Below, one piece after another: positions 21,701-30,894 of a stretch of DNA of 64,000 bases. The DNA is taken from the NCBI GenBank assembly GCA_028821785.1, contig JAPKFC010000002.1, positions 2,929-66,928 of the forward strand, given 5' to 3'. Each line of letters starts with the position of its first letter. Within the stretch, counting starts at the first letter, position 1. The notes beneath the pieces are model-generated. The model searched no databases. It saw only the letters and a program-made list of their open reading frames with translations, and was not told the DNA's origin. The position numbers and the translations under genes are program-made. This stretch comes from Candidatus Poseidoniaceae archaeon (GTDB lineage Archaea; Thermoplasmatota; Poseidoniia; Poseidoniales; Poseidoniaceae).

Positions 21701-23360
21701 TGATATTGGCTATGATCTATTCTTAGAAGCCCCAGCCGGATGGCAAGCAGGATTCGACGATTTGGGCAGTGAACCGGGTGCGATTTCCGGTTCAACCGGA
21801 TTGATTGGCCAGGATAGCCAGAAAAACCTCGGCATCACATTCACTCCTCCGCAAGTAATGACTGGAGCAGGTGCCGAAAGAATGGTCAAATTAACGGCAG
21901 TTTCACAGACCGAAAACCCAGTTTCCTATGTATATAATATTCCAATCAAAGTAATGGAAATAAGAGATATCGATATTGACTTACAAAATAATTTTGGAAA
22001 GATGAGGCCAGATTCGTCTCTCAGCCTAATGTTTAGCATCCAGAATAAAGGAAATATCGACCTAGATTTAACTCCATCAATACAATTACCAAGTGGTTGG
22101 CAATGGGCTTCATCAACCGATATCATAGAGTTAAATTGGGCATCGACCAGAAATATCATTGTAACGGTTAATTCACAGGGATCTGGAAAATCAGGAGAAA
22201 TTCAATTCAATCTTGACAATGGCTCAGATAGGTATTCTTGGACCGGATATATTGATGTTGAAATCTTAGCGCAACCAACATTGGATTTTGCTTCACTTCA
22301 ACTTGAAGATGGAACCTCGTATGGCCATCCATTGGGTACTGGTTCACATCCGAGTGGAGAGAGTCTTAACTTCACTTGGCTAGTAGGCAATAACGCAGAT
22401 GTTGATTGGGAGCCTTCAGTTTCAGTCATTCTAGACCCGGGATTATTCGGAGAGTGCCAAGATGTTGGGGTTGTAGGATATTTAGAATTCCAATTTCTAC
22501 AATGTTCGATTCTGATTTCAGGAAATATGGCTCCTAAAAGTGAACCTTCCTTCACAGTGATATTGGAAGGTAATGGGGTAGAATATGTCGAACAAGTAGG
22601 GTTGTATGTAGCGTCGGTAGAATCTGCTATATGGGATGCATCAAGAAATGAAAAGTTCGCAACAGGAGTGGTAGAGACGGTATCAATCGATGTAACAAAC
22701 TCCGGTAATGTAGCATGGTCGTACAAAATCCAAGCCATCGCATCCGAAAATTGGTATTGCGAAGTAATCGGCAATGATGTAATATCTCTTGAAGCGGGTC
22801 AGTCAAAGGTTGTTAGAATCAACGTGAGGGCAGATCGTCCAGGCGATGGAACAATAACATTGCAATTTGAACAATCTAATCCGCTTTCAAATCCGAGTGT
22901 ATCATTTGATGTTTCAGCAGAAGGAGAGCCTACTGGGACCTCTAGTGAATCATTCATCAATAACGGAGTTGCTATCGCCCTAATTCTAGTAATATTGTCA
23001 TTAATTGGAGTTGTATTGTACAGAAATAGTAAGTCCGAAAAGAAGAACTTACCGTCGATCAACAGCCTTACATCTTCATCAGCGAACCAATTAGCGGCAC
23101 CGATAGCAGCTCCTTTGCCGCAGACATTCAACCCTCAACCAATAATTGAGCCAATACAAGCGATTGAAGAAAAGCAAGAAAATGATTCCCAGCCAGTTAC
23201 AATGTGTTGGTTGTGTAAATCTCCAGTTACAGAGGATATTATCGGTTGTCCTTCTTGTGGCGCAAGGTATCACGGAGTTGCAATAGACGGCTGTGATATT
23301 TCACAATTAGAACACTGCGCAAACTGCCAAGCACTTGCCAGCGAATTCATCAAAGCATGA
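18756..23360 (+). CDS. membrane-anchored S8 (subtilisin-like) serine protease with CARDB/Ig-like repeats and cytoplasmic C4HC3 finger
   Basis: Catalytic triad VADSG, HGTHVA, GTSMATP; oxyanion AAGNDG; CARDB-like DPDDDIEEILENNN; TM near aa 1410; C-terminal Cys/His cluster. Confidence 0.93.
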   Translation: MQTSSSLRMALCLVVIFVLQSLSPMLHPTGEQTDVSQLDSSQTEWVRFDLVDGVYSDAVGEYDYTNSLEDRPNIASSRIGDFDQYGFTASRPLPMELMQARPDLSLLIVDDSIRMEQARQQLNDIQGLMIRELIAPSGLLIQGTSNSIQQASDVQGVVATHQVPLALLIDDAILDVMMLTDGTDALQGQAVRLEGWRDELGPVDSVELTDEQGFTIFQSLEEVSKVGLSEIIKWDEGRYEGQLNSEQIAELIIQPSVRSFRFNPQFTIDNDNARSNMKTTVMTSYFTTDLDGSGQMVAVADSGLDGDHGDFGTRVVSSNDVIGDGSTADTHSGHGTHVACTVLGDGTQGGYAGVAPAAELYFQAMENDNTGNFQSPSLNYLMNTAYSAGARTHTNSWGAKDASQQGKYDSEAEDVDDRANYYDKYYNGREGLTILFAAGNDGPGTGTVSPPATAKNILSVGNHQNRYSGAPDSLMSSSSRGPTDDGRIKPDIIAPGGYVRSCRAQEATDTSGSTWSNNWYLEYTGTSMATPNAAGAAAMVREYLEEIAQRPAPQGALVKALLVLGAQDIGTRDIPNNDEGWGRINLRETLAPQGGQGIWVDDRSVLSGSGNSKSYTFNLTQNNGKFKVVLTWSDERGSSFSTKKLVNNLDLIVTSPDGTIYKGNDFANGVSTTGGSADDTNNLEVVLLDYAMSGVWTVKAKNTYQGGSSAQTYSIAVMGHGVNDLRPDPMVMVDDFSMDVSIPQVGDQVHIETKVFNAGNVEAESFDVVFSVNATEITRKNIDLGAGSAKTLFWTWTPVASGQTTLTFTIDPDDDIEEILENNNQHNIVVNVTAPGVKLSSSTQTTFLDNTQSSATSWNVSLTNTALISTNASLFVDNLIHVESNLALSWYVGTTQANHSLEGQQSTEITVTLVHPTPPDPGTYRISLIGIDVDNGVNYPYALDLVVPSLSKVNIEYDYQIVPVHPVNTTSIDVRFFNIGNDDIGYDLFLEAPAGWQAGFDDLGSEPGAISGSTGLIGQDSQKNLGITFTPPQVMTGAGAERMVKLTAVSQTENPVSYVYNIPIKVMEIRDIDIDLQNNFGKMRPDSSLSLMFSIQNKGNIDLDLTPSIQLPSGWQWASSTDIIELNWASTRNIIVTVNSQGSGKSGEIQFNLDNGSDRYSWTGYIDVEILAQPTLDFASLQLEDGTSYGHPLGTGSHPSGESLNFTWLVGNNADVDWEPSVSVILDPGLFGECQDVGVVGYLEFQFLQCSILISGNMAPKSEPSFTVILEGNGVEYVEQVGLYVASVESAIWDASRNEKFATGVVETVSIDVTNSGNVAWSYKIQAIASENWYCEVIGNDVISLEAGQSKVVRINVRADRPGDGTITLQFEQSNPLSNPSVSFDVSAEGEPTGTSSESFINNGVAIALILVILSLIGVVLYRNSKSEKKNLPSINSLTSSSANQLAAPIAAPLPQTFNPQPIIEPIQAIEEKQENDSQPVTMCWLCKSPVTEDIIGCPSCGARYHGVAIDGCDISQLEHCANCQALASEFIKA

Positions 23361-23446
23361 TGCCGCTAATTAAAAAACGCTCACATTTTTGGTTTTATTA
23401 CACATCTGAGCATAGCCTTATGATAGTGATGGCTTGTCCGGGAGTC

Positions 23447-26311
23447 ATGGACTCCCGTGGAAATCAAACAAGGAAGCAGTCAAAGGCTGCAATTCTCTTA
23501 ATGGCTTTGCTATTATTTTCCATGGTCCCTGCCATGGTCCCAACCGCTTCTGCTGATGGGGCACGTGACGCTTCTATAATTGTCACAATAAGTCCAAATG
23601 GTCAAGATATAAATCCAGGTGAATCCGGAGAATATACAATTCGTGTTCGCAATACAGGTTCAGATCCAGTGACTGTCTCAATTCAATCAAGTGAAGAAGG
23701 AACTGCGGAATGTGGTCAATATTCATCACAAGCAGGCCAAATCTCAGGACCCATAGATGCTGGAACATTTGAAGAGACTACTATGAATGTAACTTTGACT
23801 CAAACAGCTGAGGAAAGTTGTGATACAACGGTCACCGTTTCCGCCGCTGACGGAGCAACACCACCAGGTGCACCTGCTCAAGAATCTTCAACAGTTACTA
23901 CAACTGCAGGGGATGGCTCAGGTAGTGCAGTATTCGGTGTTGACTTGAAGATGGCTTCCCCGTCAAAGGACTGGAGTGGAGAAAGCGTTGTGGAGTTTGA
24001 ACTTGAAGTTGAAAATACAGGTCAAACAAATGAAACAATCACTTTGACCACCAATGAGGCATCAGGCCCAGGTTGCTCTAATACAGGTGCGATAACCGTC
24101 ACTCTAAGTGAAACTTCTGTTTCAGTCGATTCTAACGAAAGTGAATTTGTTACCGTTTCAGTTGAAGTTCCAGAGGGTCAAGAAGCAGACAAATATTGCT
24201 GGGATATTGACGGTGATGTTAGCAACGACCCATCACAGGAGACAACCGATAACCAAGAATTTGATTTGACAGTTCCAGAGTTGCATGAATGTTCTATTTC
24301 CTTGACTAAGAATTCCATTACAGTTGCACCCGGTGCAGAAGGAAATCTAAAGGTCATGTTCGTCAATGAAGGAAATGTAGACTGGACCATATCTGTTGGA
24401 AAATCCGGTTCAAAGGCGGGATGGGTGAGTGTTGATGGCGCATCCTCAGGAATTATGGACGAGGGTAAAGAATTCGATTTGTTAGTCAATCCTGATGATT
24501 CTGTTGAAGCAGGTTCAGAATCTGTTGTAGCGATTCAAGGTAAAGATGGTAGTTCTGTTAAATGTACGAAAGATCTTAGAATCATCTTAGGCCAATCTCA
24601 TGACGCTTCAGCTTCACTTTCTAACTCATTAATGTCAAACATCGAACCAGGTGATAATGGCACTACCACTCTGGTAGTTACAAATCAAGGAAATGGTGCA
24701 GATACTTTCAGAATCTCTTCTTCTTCACCACCTCAGGGTTGGAGCGTTGAACTGTCAAAATCAACAATTTCACTTGGTTCAAAATACGGCAATGAAAGAA
24801 GCGGAGACATCGAGGTTCAAGTTAACGTTCCGTATAATGCGCTCGCAGATGAACAAGTAGACATTGTTCTAACAGTCCAATCCAACAACGGAGCAGTTAG
24901 TTTTGCTGATGTTACATTGGCGGTTACAGTAGCGGCCAATCATGATATGGAAGTTGAAACAAGTTCACCCGATCAAACCGGACGCTCTGATACGGAAGTT
25001 AGTTTCCCAATTACAATTGAAAACAGCGGCAACATAGAAGACACATTCCGTTGTGCAGTAATGTCACAAACAGCTACTCCTAATTGGGCGACATCATTCG
25101 AAGATGCCGATGGCAATAAATTCACTGAAATCAACATTGCACCTAGAAGTACAATGCTCGTGTACCTTGTAGTGAGTATTGATGGCGAAGAAGAATTAGA
25201 TAGCAGCAGATTAACCATTCGAATAACCAACAAAGATGATACTAATTCACAAGATCTGGATGATGATGGAATACCAGACAATCAAAGAGAATTAATTATG
25301 TTAGCAATCCAATCGGATAGAAATTATCAGATGGATCTCCGTTTAGATGATGGCGGTTTAGATGGACGTACTGGAATGGCTACTCTAGCCCCAGATGGCG
25401 TTAAAGAATACGGTGTATGGGTCAAAAATACGGGTGATGGAAAAGACTACGCTGTGTTTGAGATAAATGGGTTAGAAGGGATTGCAACTAGGACTTTGAG
25501 AATGAATGGATTAGTGGTAGTGGATCCGATTCAAATTCCTGTTGGATATGGGATTTGGAACCTGACAAGAGGGCAATTCGTCTTGGACGAATCCGCAACG
25601 CCAATCACCGAATCTAGCAAAAATGGCGTAGAATCAAGAATGCTAGAATTAGATTTGTTTGTCGGCCATGAAGCAAGGCCATTCGAACAATACTTTTTCC
25701 TCACAATAACCGTCAACCCGAGTGCCGAAACAGGCGATGGCGGTCTGTTGGAAATTGTGGTTATGAGTGAGTCGAATTCAGCCAATCGTTCTGGAAGAGT
25801 TTCAGTCGCATTAGACGTTCAAATCATCTATGAACTTACCTTTATGAATCAAGAAATGGATGAAGAAATAGTCGTAGAATACGAGGTTTCTTTCTCGGAA
25901 AAGACGCAATTTGAAATTGAATTGCACAACACTGGTAATATACGTTCTGAATTCCGAGTTTTCACTTCAGAGAATTTACGCGGATGGAGTGTATCTCTAG
26001 AGAACACAGACGAATGTAGCCGTGAAGGTGGGGAGATGGTATGTTGGATAGATGTAGATTCATCAATTCTTATCGAAGTAACCGTACGTCCGCCAAGCGA
26101 TGCTGAGATGGATGACACATTCAAATTCACACTCTCTTCTGAACCAGTAGAAACCGGTGTAGTAGATCGCCAAAACCTTGAGTTTACCATACACGGCGCA
26201 CAAGATTCGGGATTATTCGGTGATACGTTGAGCAATAACTCTACTTCGTTGATCGCAGGTGGATTAGCAATCTCATTATTAATTGCATATTTGATGCGTA
26301 AAAAGCCATGA
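23447..26311 (+). CDS. cell-surface protein with tandem Ig-like (COG1470/NEW3-like) repeats and C-terminal TM anchor
   Basis: Signal peptide; repeated VxNxG motifs (VRNTG, VENTG, VNEG, VTNQG, IENSG, VKNTG, LHNTG); C-terminal TM followed by RKK. Confidence 0.8.
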   Translation: MDSRGNQTRKQSKAAILLMALLLFSMVPAMVPTASADGARDASIIVTISPNGQDINPGESGEYTIRVRNTGSDPVTVSIQSSEEGTAECGQYSSQAGQISGPIDAGTFEETTMNVTLTQTAEESCDTTVTVSAADGATPPGAPAQESSTVTTTAGDGSGSAVFGVDLKMASPSKDWSGESVVEFELEVENTGQTNETITLTTNEASGPGCSNTGAITVTLSETSVSVDSNESEFVTVSVEVPEGQEADKYCWDIDGDVSNDPSQETTDNQEFDLTVPELHECSISLTKNSITVAPGAEGNLKVMFVNEGNVDWTISVGKSGSKAGWVSVDGASSGIMDEGKEFDLLVNPDDSVEAGSESVVAIQGKDGSSVKCTKDLRIILGQSHDASASLSNSLMSNIEPGDNGTTTLVVTNQGNGADTFRISSSSPPQGWSVELSKSTISLGSKYGNERSGDIEVQVNVPYNALADEQVDIVLTVQSNNGAVSFADVTLAVTVAANHDMEVETSSPDQTGRSDTEVSFPITIENSGNIEDTFRCAVMSQTATPNWATSFEDADGNKFTEINIAPRSTMLVYLVVSIDGEEELDSSRLTIRITNKDDTNSQDLDDDGIPDNQRELIMLAIQSDRNYQMDLRLDDGGLDGRTGMATLAPDGVKEYGVWVKNTGDGKDYAVFEINGLEGIATRTLRMNGLVVVDPIQIPVGYGIWNLTRGQFVLDESATPITESSKNGVESRMLELDLFVGHEARPFEQYFFLTITVNPSAETGDGGLLEIVVMSESNSANRSGRVSVALDVQIIYELTFMNQEMDEEIVVEYEVSFSEKTQFEIELHNTGNIRSEFRVFTSENLRGWSVSLENTDECSREGGEMVCWIDVDSSILIEVTVRPPSDAEMDDTFKFTLSSEPVETGVVDRQNLEFTIHGAQDSGLFGDTLSNNSTSLIAGGLAISLLIAYLMRKKP

Positions 26312-26433
26312 TTAGCGGCTCCATAGATTTAGAATACAAAATAATTGCTGAATGTGCTAAAAGGGATACTGAGCCGCTCTATGTAGGGGGCTCATTTGGT
26401 AACGCTTATGGGTGGTCTTCTAGTCGGACAAAT

Positions 26434-26455
26434 CGCACAGCGTATGCGTTGTGCG
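26434..26455 (+). promoter_or_regulatory. 5'-leader hairpin before the nuoA ribosome-binding site
   Basis: CGCACAGCG-TATG-CGTTGTGCG stem-loop immediately upstream of GCGGTGA SD and ATG 26467. Confidence 0.4.
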
Positions 26456-26466
26456 GCGGTGATTAA

Positions 26467-26952
26467 ATGTCCGGCATAGAATCAGTTCCAAGTGCCTATC
26501 TGTCAATTGGCTTTTTGGCAATTCTTGGCATCATAATGCCGCTGACTAATTTCCTCATAACTTGGGTTATTAGGCCTAAGGTTGACCCCGCCCGACCCCA
26601 CATCACAAAATCATATCTTTTGGAAGGATACGAGGTTGACCACAGCCTCTATCCACGCCGTTTGACCACTTTTGAATGTGGTAGTGAGCCAGTTGGAGAT
26701 GCAATGATCCAATTTCACTTCCAATACTATTGGTATGCGATTATTTTCTTAGTTTTTGATGTCGCATTCATGTTCTTGGTGCTGGGTGGCATGGTAGTTG
26801 GTAATGCAACTTCACCAGAACTCGCAGAAAATAGCCGTGAGAGCGCAGTCGAAGATGCCAAGATGGCAATGATGATTCTAGCAATATTCTTCAGCACTAT
26901 GTCCGCTGGAGTTTGGTATGTATTCCGAAAGAGAGGGCGCATCTACATTTGA
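26467..26952 (+). CDS. nuoA: NADH-quinone oxidoreductase-like subunit A
   Basis: FECG loop, FHFQYYWYAIIFLVFDV, three TM helices. Confidence 0.93.
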   Translation: MSGIESVPSAYLSIGFLAILGIIMPLTNFLITWVIRPKVDPARPHITKSYLLEGYEVDHSLYPRRLTTFECGSEPVGDAMIQFHFQYYWYAIIFLVFDVAFMFLVLGGMVVGNATSPELAENSRESAVEDAKMAMMILAIFFSTMSAGVWYVFRKRGRIYI

Positions 26953-26963
26953 GGTGAAATATT

Positions 26964-27557
26964 ATGTCTAATGATGGAGAAAATTTTGCAGCTTTCAACA
27001 GTAGGGCGTTAGTGGAAATGGTCGGCGACGTCACCGATGAAGCCCTAAAAGCGACCAAGATCAAACAATTCCTCGGAGTTTTAGCAGGACGATATTTCAA
27101 TTGGGCTGGCCGTAAATCATTATTTACACTGCATTTGGGAATCAAGTGCTGTGCTATTGAAATGGCGGCAGCAGCAACACCTAGGTTCGATGGTGACAGA
27201 TTCGGTGTTTTGTTCCGTTCATCCCCTCGTCAATCCGATGTATTGCTGGTCAATGGCCCGGTTTCAAAGAAGTTTGCTGACAAAATAGTTCGTCTATGGG
27301 AGCAAATGCCTGAGCCAAAATACTGTATCGCCATGGGTGAATGTGCAATTTCTGGTGGCCCATATTTCCAATCGTACAATATTCTAGAAGGCGTAGACAC
27401 GGTAATTCCAGTAGACGTATACATCCCTGGTTGCCCACCTCGTCCTGAGGCTTTAATCGATGGTTTTGGTTTACTCCGTGAAAAGATAATTCGTATTGGC
27501 GCTGCTCCAAGCACTGGCCGTGATGGAGAGAAGCCAGTTATTGTAGGAGAGGACTGA
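26964..27557 (+). CDS. nuoB: NADH-quinone oxidoreductase-like subunit B
   Basis: CCAIEM, SPRQSD, MGECA, VDVYIPGCPPRPEA (N2 cluster ligands). Confidence 0.97.
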   Translation: MSNDGENFAAFNSRALVEMVGDVTDEALKATKIKQFLGVLAGRYFNWAGRKSLFTLHLGIKCCAIEMAAAATPRFDGDRFGVLFRSSPRQSDVLLVNGPVSKKFADKIVRLWEQMPEPKYCIAMGECAISGGPYFQSYNILEGVDTVIPVDVYIPGCPPRPEALIDGFGLLREKIIRIGAAPSTGRDGEKPVIVGED

Positions 27558-27559
27558 CC

Positions 27560-28213
27560 ATGGGAATGCGAGTAACTCTTGAACAAAGTGATAGTGCAGC
27601 AGAATCCAGTGTTGCAGTTTTGAATGAACGTTTCTCAGGCAGTGGCATCGAATCCACCGTTGAGCACCATTCAAATTCCTTCAAGATGCCATTCGTTAGA
27701 ATTCATGCTACACCACAACATTGGTTAGCAGTTGCTAAATTCATGAAGTATGATCTATCTGTTAATTATTGTTCGATGGTAACGGGTACACACTTCCCAG
27801 ATGGTCCTGCTGAAAGAGGCTGGGAAGTCGCATACCACATGATGCGAATGCCAGTTTCAAATGTAAAACCACACACCAATACAACGCATGTCGCTGAGAA
27901 CTTGAGTGGTAGCGATATCCCGTTAGAGTTTGAAGTCCTTATCGCTATTGAACAAGGAGATGCACCAACAGTCCCTTCTATCCAAAGTATCTGGGTTGGC
28001 GCTGATTGGAATGAAAAAGAAACATGGGACTTAGTTGGCATCAATTTCGAAGGCCATGAAAACATGCACCGTGTCCTCAATCCACACGATAGCCCAGAAC
28101 AATTCCACCCGTTACAAAAGCAACACAAATTGCGATACCACGGATATAATGAAATGTACGACGACCCTCAAGGGTTTGGCCGTAAACCAGCGGACGAGGG
28201 CCGCAAAAAGTGA
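27560..28213 (+). CDS. nuoC: NADH-quinone oxidoreductase-like subunit C
   Basis: VPSIQSIWVGADWNEKETWDLVGINFEGH, HPLQK. Confidence 0.93.
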   Translation: MGMRVTLEQSDSAAESSVAVLNERFSGSGIESTVEHHSNSFKMPFVRIHATPQHWLAVAKFMKYDLSVNYCSMVTGTHFPDGPAERGWEVAYHMMRMPVSNVKPHTNTTHVAENLSGSDIPLEFEVLIAIEQGDAPTVPSIQSIWVGADWNEKETWDLVGINFEGHENMHRVLNPHDSPEQFHPLQKQHKLRYHGYNEMYDDPQGFGRKPADEGRKK

Positions 28214-28223
28214 GGTGAATATC

Positions 28224-29363
28224 ATGGCACAAATGTGGATTACAATGGGACCTCAACACCCGATGACTCACGGTCTTTGGACACTGCGCGTCAAAGTTGA
28301 TGGCGAAACTATCGTCGATACCGATGCCGAACTTGGATACATCCATCGCGGTGTTGAGAAGATTTGCGAATCACGTGATTTCACTCAAATCACTCCTTAT
28401 TGCGACCGTCTTTGCTACGTATCTGCAATGACTTGGGCAAACTCATACATCTATGCAGCAGAAGACCTGCTAGAGGCCGAAGTTCCTGAAAGGGCAGAAT
28501 TCATACGATTAATCTCTGCAGAATTACAACGTCTTGCTTCACACTTGATGTGGCTTGGCGCATTTGGACCGGATATTGGCTCTCTAACATTGATGACTTG
28601 GTGTATGCGTGATAGAGAGATGTTCTTGGATTTGCTGCAAGAATTAGGCGGTTCAAGAATGCATTACAATTATCCTCGTATCGGTGGAGTCAAGCGAGAT
28701 ATTCCAATTGGTTTCGCTGACCGCATGATCGCTAAAATCAAATTATTCGAGAGGAGAATCGAAGAATATGAAATGCTACTCGATGAATCAACAATTTGGT
28801 TAGTGCGTTTACAAGGTGTTGGCTACACAAAGGCAGAAGATATGGTCGATGCAGGTGTGTCAGGACCAAATGTTCGCGCTGCTGGTGTAAACTATGACGT
28901 TCGCTGGGCCCATCCTTATTCTGTTTATGACCAAGTAGATTGGGAGCCGGCTGTTGAGAAACCAACTTCTGTCAAAGGAGCCGATTGCTATGACCGATAT
29001 AGAGTAAGAATGGAAGAGATGCGCCAATCCAGCAAGATGATTCTAGATGCTATTGAGAAAATACCAGGTGGCAAGAACACCAACTACTCAACAGGAGATG
29101 AAATGATTTTGACAAAGGCTCCTACCAGAGCTCCTGAAGGAGCAACAGGCTTCTCTAACTACGAATGTACTCGTGGTGCTTCGCAATTTTTCATCAAAGG
29201 TGGCGGCGAAGGTCGCGGTAAGAATCCGTATCGGTTGTCAATTCGTTCACCGATGTTCATAACAATTCCATTCGTAGCCGATACAATGATCGGTTACAAA
29301 ATCGCAGACATACCTGCGATCATGGGTAGTTTTGACCCTTGTATTGGAGAGACGGACCGTTGA
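28224..29363 (+). CDS. nuoD: NADH-quinone oxidoreductase-like subunit D
   Basis: MGPQHPMTHG, GYIHRGVEK, DRLCY, C-terminal GETDR; GAGGTGA SD before ATG 28224. Confidence 0.96.
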   Translation: MAQMWITMGPQHPMTHGLWTLRVKVDGETIVDTDAELGYIHRGVEKICESRDFTQITPYCDRLCYVSAMTWANSYIYAAEDLLEAEVPERAEFIRLISAELQRLASHLMWLGAFGPDIGSLTLMTWCMRDREMFLDLLQELGGSRMHYNYPRIGGVKRDIPIGFADRMIAKIKLFERRIEEYEMLLDESTIWLVRLQGVGYTKAEDMVDAGVSGPNVRAAGVNYDVRWAHPYSVYDQVDWEPAVEKPTSVKGADCYDRYRVRMEEMRQSSKMILDAIEKIPGGKNTNYSTGDEMILTKAPTRAPEGATGFSNYECTRGASQFFIKGGGEGRGKNPYRLSIRSPMFITIPFVADTMIGYKIADIPAIMGSFDPCIGETDR

Positions 29364-29371
29364 GGTGATTT

Positions 29372-30883
29372 GTGATGGATGATGTATACGACCTACGTTC
29401 TTTACTGTTCAACATCTGTGATAAGATAGTTGACAAATCGCTAACTGGAACTCCCCTAGAAAGCCAAATTGGAGTAATTTCCTTTGGCTTGGGAACTTTC
29501 GTAATCGTTAACGTTGTCTTTTTGCTGCTATTCTTTTCCCAATTTGCAATTCTTTGGATTGAGAGGAAATGGTGCGCTCGTATGCAGGACCGCCGTGGTG
29601 CAACTACGGCACTTCGTTCCCTTTGGGTCGGCGAAAATGGTCAAACAGCAGGAGAATGGTGGAACATGCTTCCGTATGGAGCTGGCAAACCGGTTGGCAT
29701 GTTAAATGGCTGGCTCAACAAAAATTTCGGTAATAGAGATGAAAAACACGCAATGGTAGACCGAGTCAACAATCGTTCATGGATGGGATTACCAATTCTA
29801 CCAGGATTCTTCCAAAATGTTGCCGATGGAATGAAATTCCTTCTCAAGGAACACATGGTTCCACAACGAGCCGATAAATTGATTTTCGAAGTATCCCCGT
29901 TCCTCATCGTCTCAACAACACTACTTATTCTTGGGCTGATTCCTCTATCCAGTGGAATATATGCTACAAACCCTGAATTATCAATTTTGTATATTATTGC
30001 AATCTTCGGAATCGCACCTATCGGTGTATTTTTCGCAGGATGGTCCAGCAATAACAAGTATACACTGATCGGCGGAATTCGTTCAGCGGCCCAACTTACT
30101 TCCTATGAGATACCACTTCTTCTCACTTTGTTGAGTGTAAGTATTATCACTGGGACATTCAATATCATTGAAAGTATTCACTTCCAACATTCAGCAGGAG
30201 CATGGAATATTTTCCTTATGCCTCTTGGAGGGGCGTTATTCCTCTTGACTATGATAGCGGAGGTTGAACGTGTTCCTTTCGACATGCCTGAAGCGGAAGC
30301 AGAACTCGTTGAAGGTTGGTGGACTGAGTATGGTGGAATGAGATTCGGTATGCTATTTATGGCAGAATATATCCGAACTTATGCTGCTTGTTTCCTCTTT
30401 ACCCATTTCTTCCTTGGCGGATGGCATCTACCATTTCAAGGAACAATAGGTTCCATTGAGTTCCTTGGACTTGGTTCGCTCTATCTATTAATCCCAGGCG
30501 CAGTTGTAACATTGGTAAAGGCTTGGCTTGTATTCCTTGTAGTATTCGTAATGGCACGTTTCGCTTTGGCTCGTATCCGAACAGACCAAATCTTAGAATT
30601 CGGCTGGAGAGTACTATTGCCACTTTCAGTTCTCCAAGTTGTCTTGGCAGTAATTTACAGATTGTGGTTATTCGACCCAACTGCAGTATCTGATACAGTT
30701 GCTGGTGGTATGGCATGGAATGCATTTGGCATTCCACACTTCGTTCCAATTGTAACAACTGTATTTTGGCTCGCATTATTCTTCTTGATGTTAAGGGATG
30801 AAGACAAAGATGCTAGTCCTGAAAGAATGTTCCATGTACAAACAATGCAGCCTGCGGGAAAGCACATCCCGGGGCAGGAGTGA
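29372..30883 (+). CDS. nuoH: NADH-quinone oxidoreductase-like subunit H
   Basis: ERKWCARMQDRRG, ADGMKFLLKE, AEVERVPFDMPEAEAELVEGWWTEYGG. Confidence 0.96.
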   Translation: MMDDVYDLRSLLFNICDKIVDKSLTGTPLESQIGVISFGLGTFVIVNVVFLLLFFSQFAILWIERKWCARMQDRRGATTALRSLWVGENGQTAGEWWNMLPYGAGKPVGMLNGWLNKNFGNRDEKHAMVDRVNNRSWMGLPILPGFFQNVADGMKFLLKEHMVPQRADKLIFEVSPFLIVSTTLLILGLIPLSSGIYATNPELSILYIIAIFGIAPIGVFFAGWSSNNKYTLIGGIRSAAQLTSYEIPLLLTLLSVSIITGTFNIIESIHFQHSAGAWNIFLMPLGGALFLLTMIAEVERVPFDMPEAEAELVEGWWTEYGGMRFGMLFMAEYIRTYAACFLFTHFFLGGWHLPFQGTIGSIEFLGLGSLYLLIPGAVVTLVKAWLVFLVVFVMARFALARIRTDQILEFGWRVLLPLSVLQVVLAVIYRLWLFDPTAVSDTVAGGMAWNAFGIPHFVPIVTTVFWLALFFLMLRDEDKDASPERMFHVQTMQPAGKHIPGQE

Positions 30884-30894
30884 GGTGATTAGAT

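Noticed and set aside
28035-28223. N-terminal extension of NuoD in the ORF track
   Set aside because: Overlaps nuoC; the GAGGTGA SD points to ATG 28224
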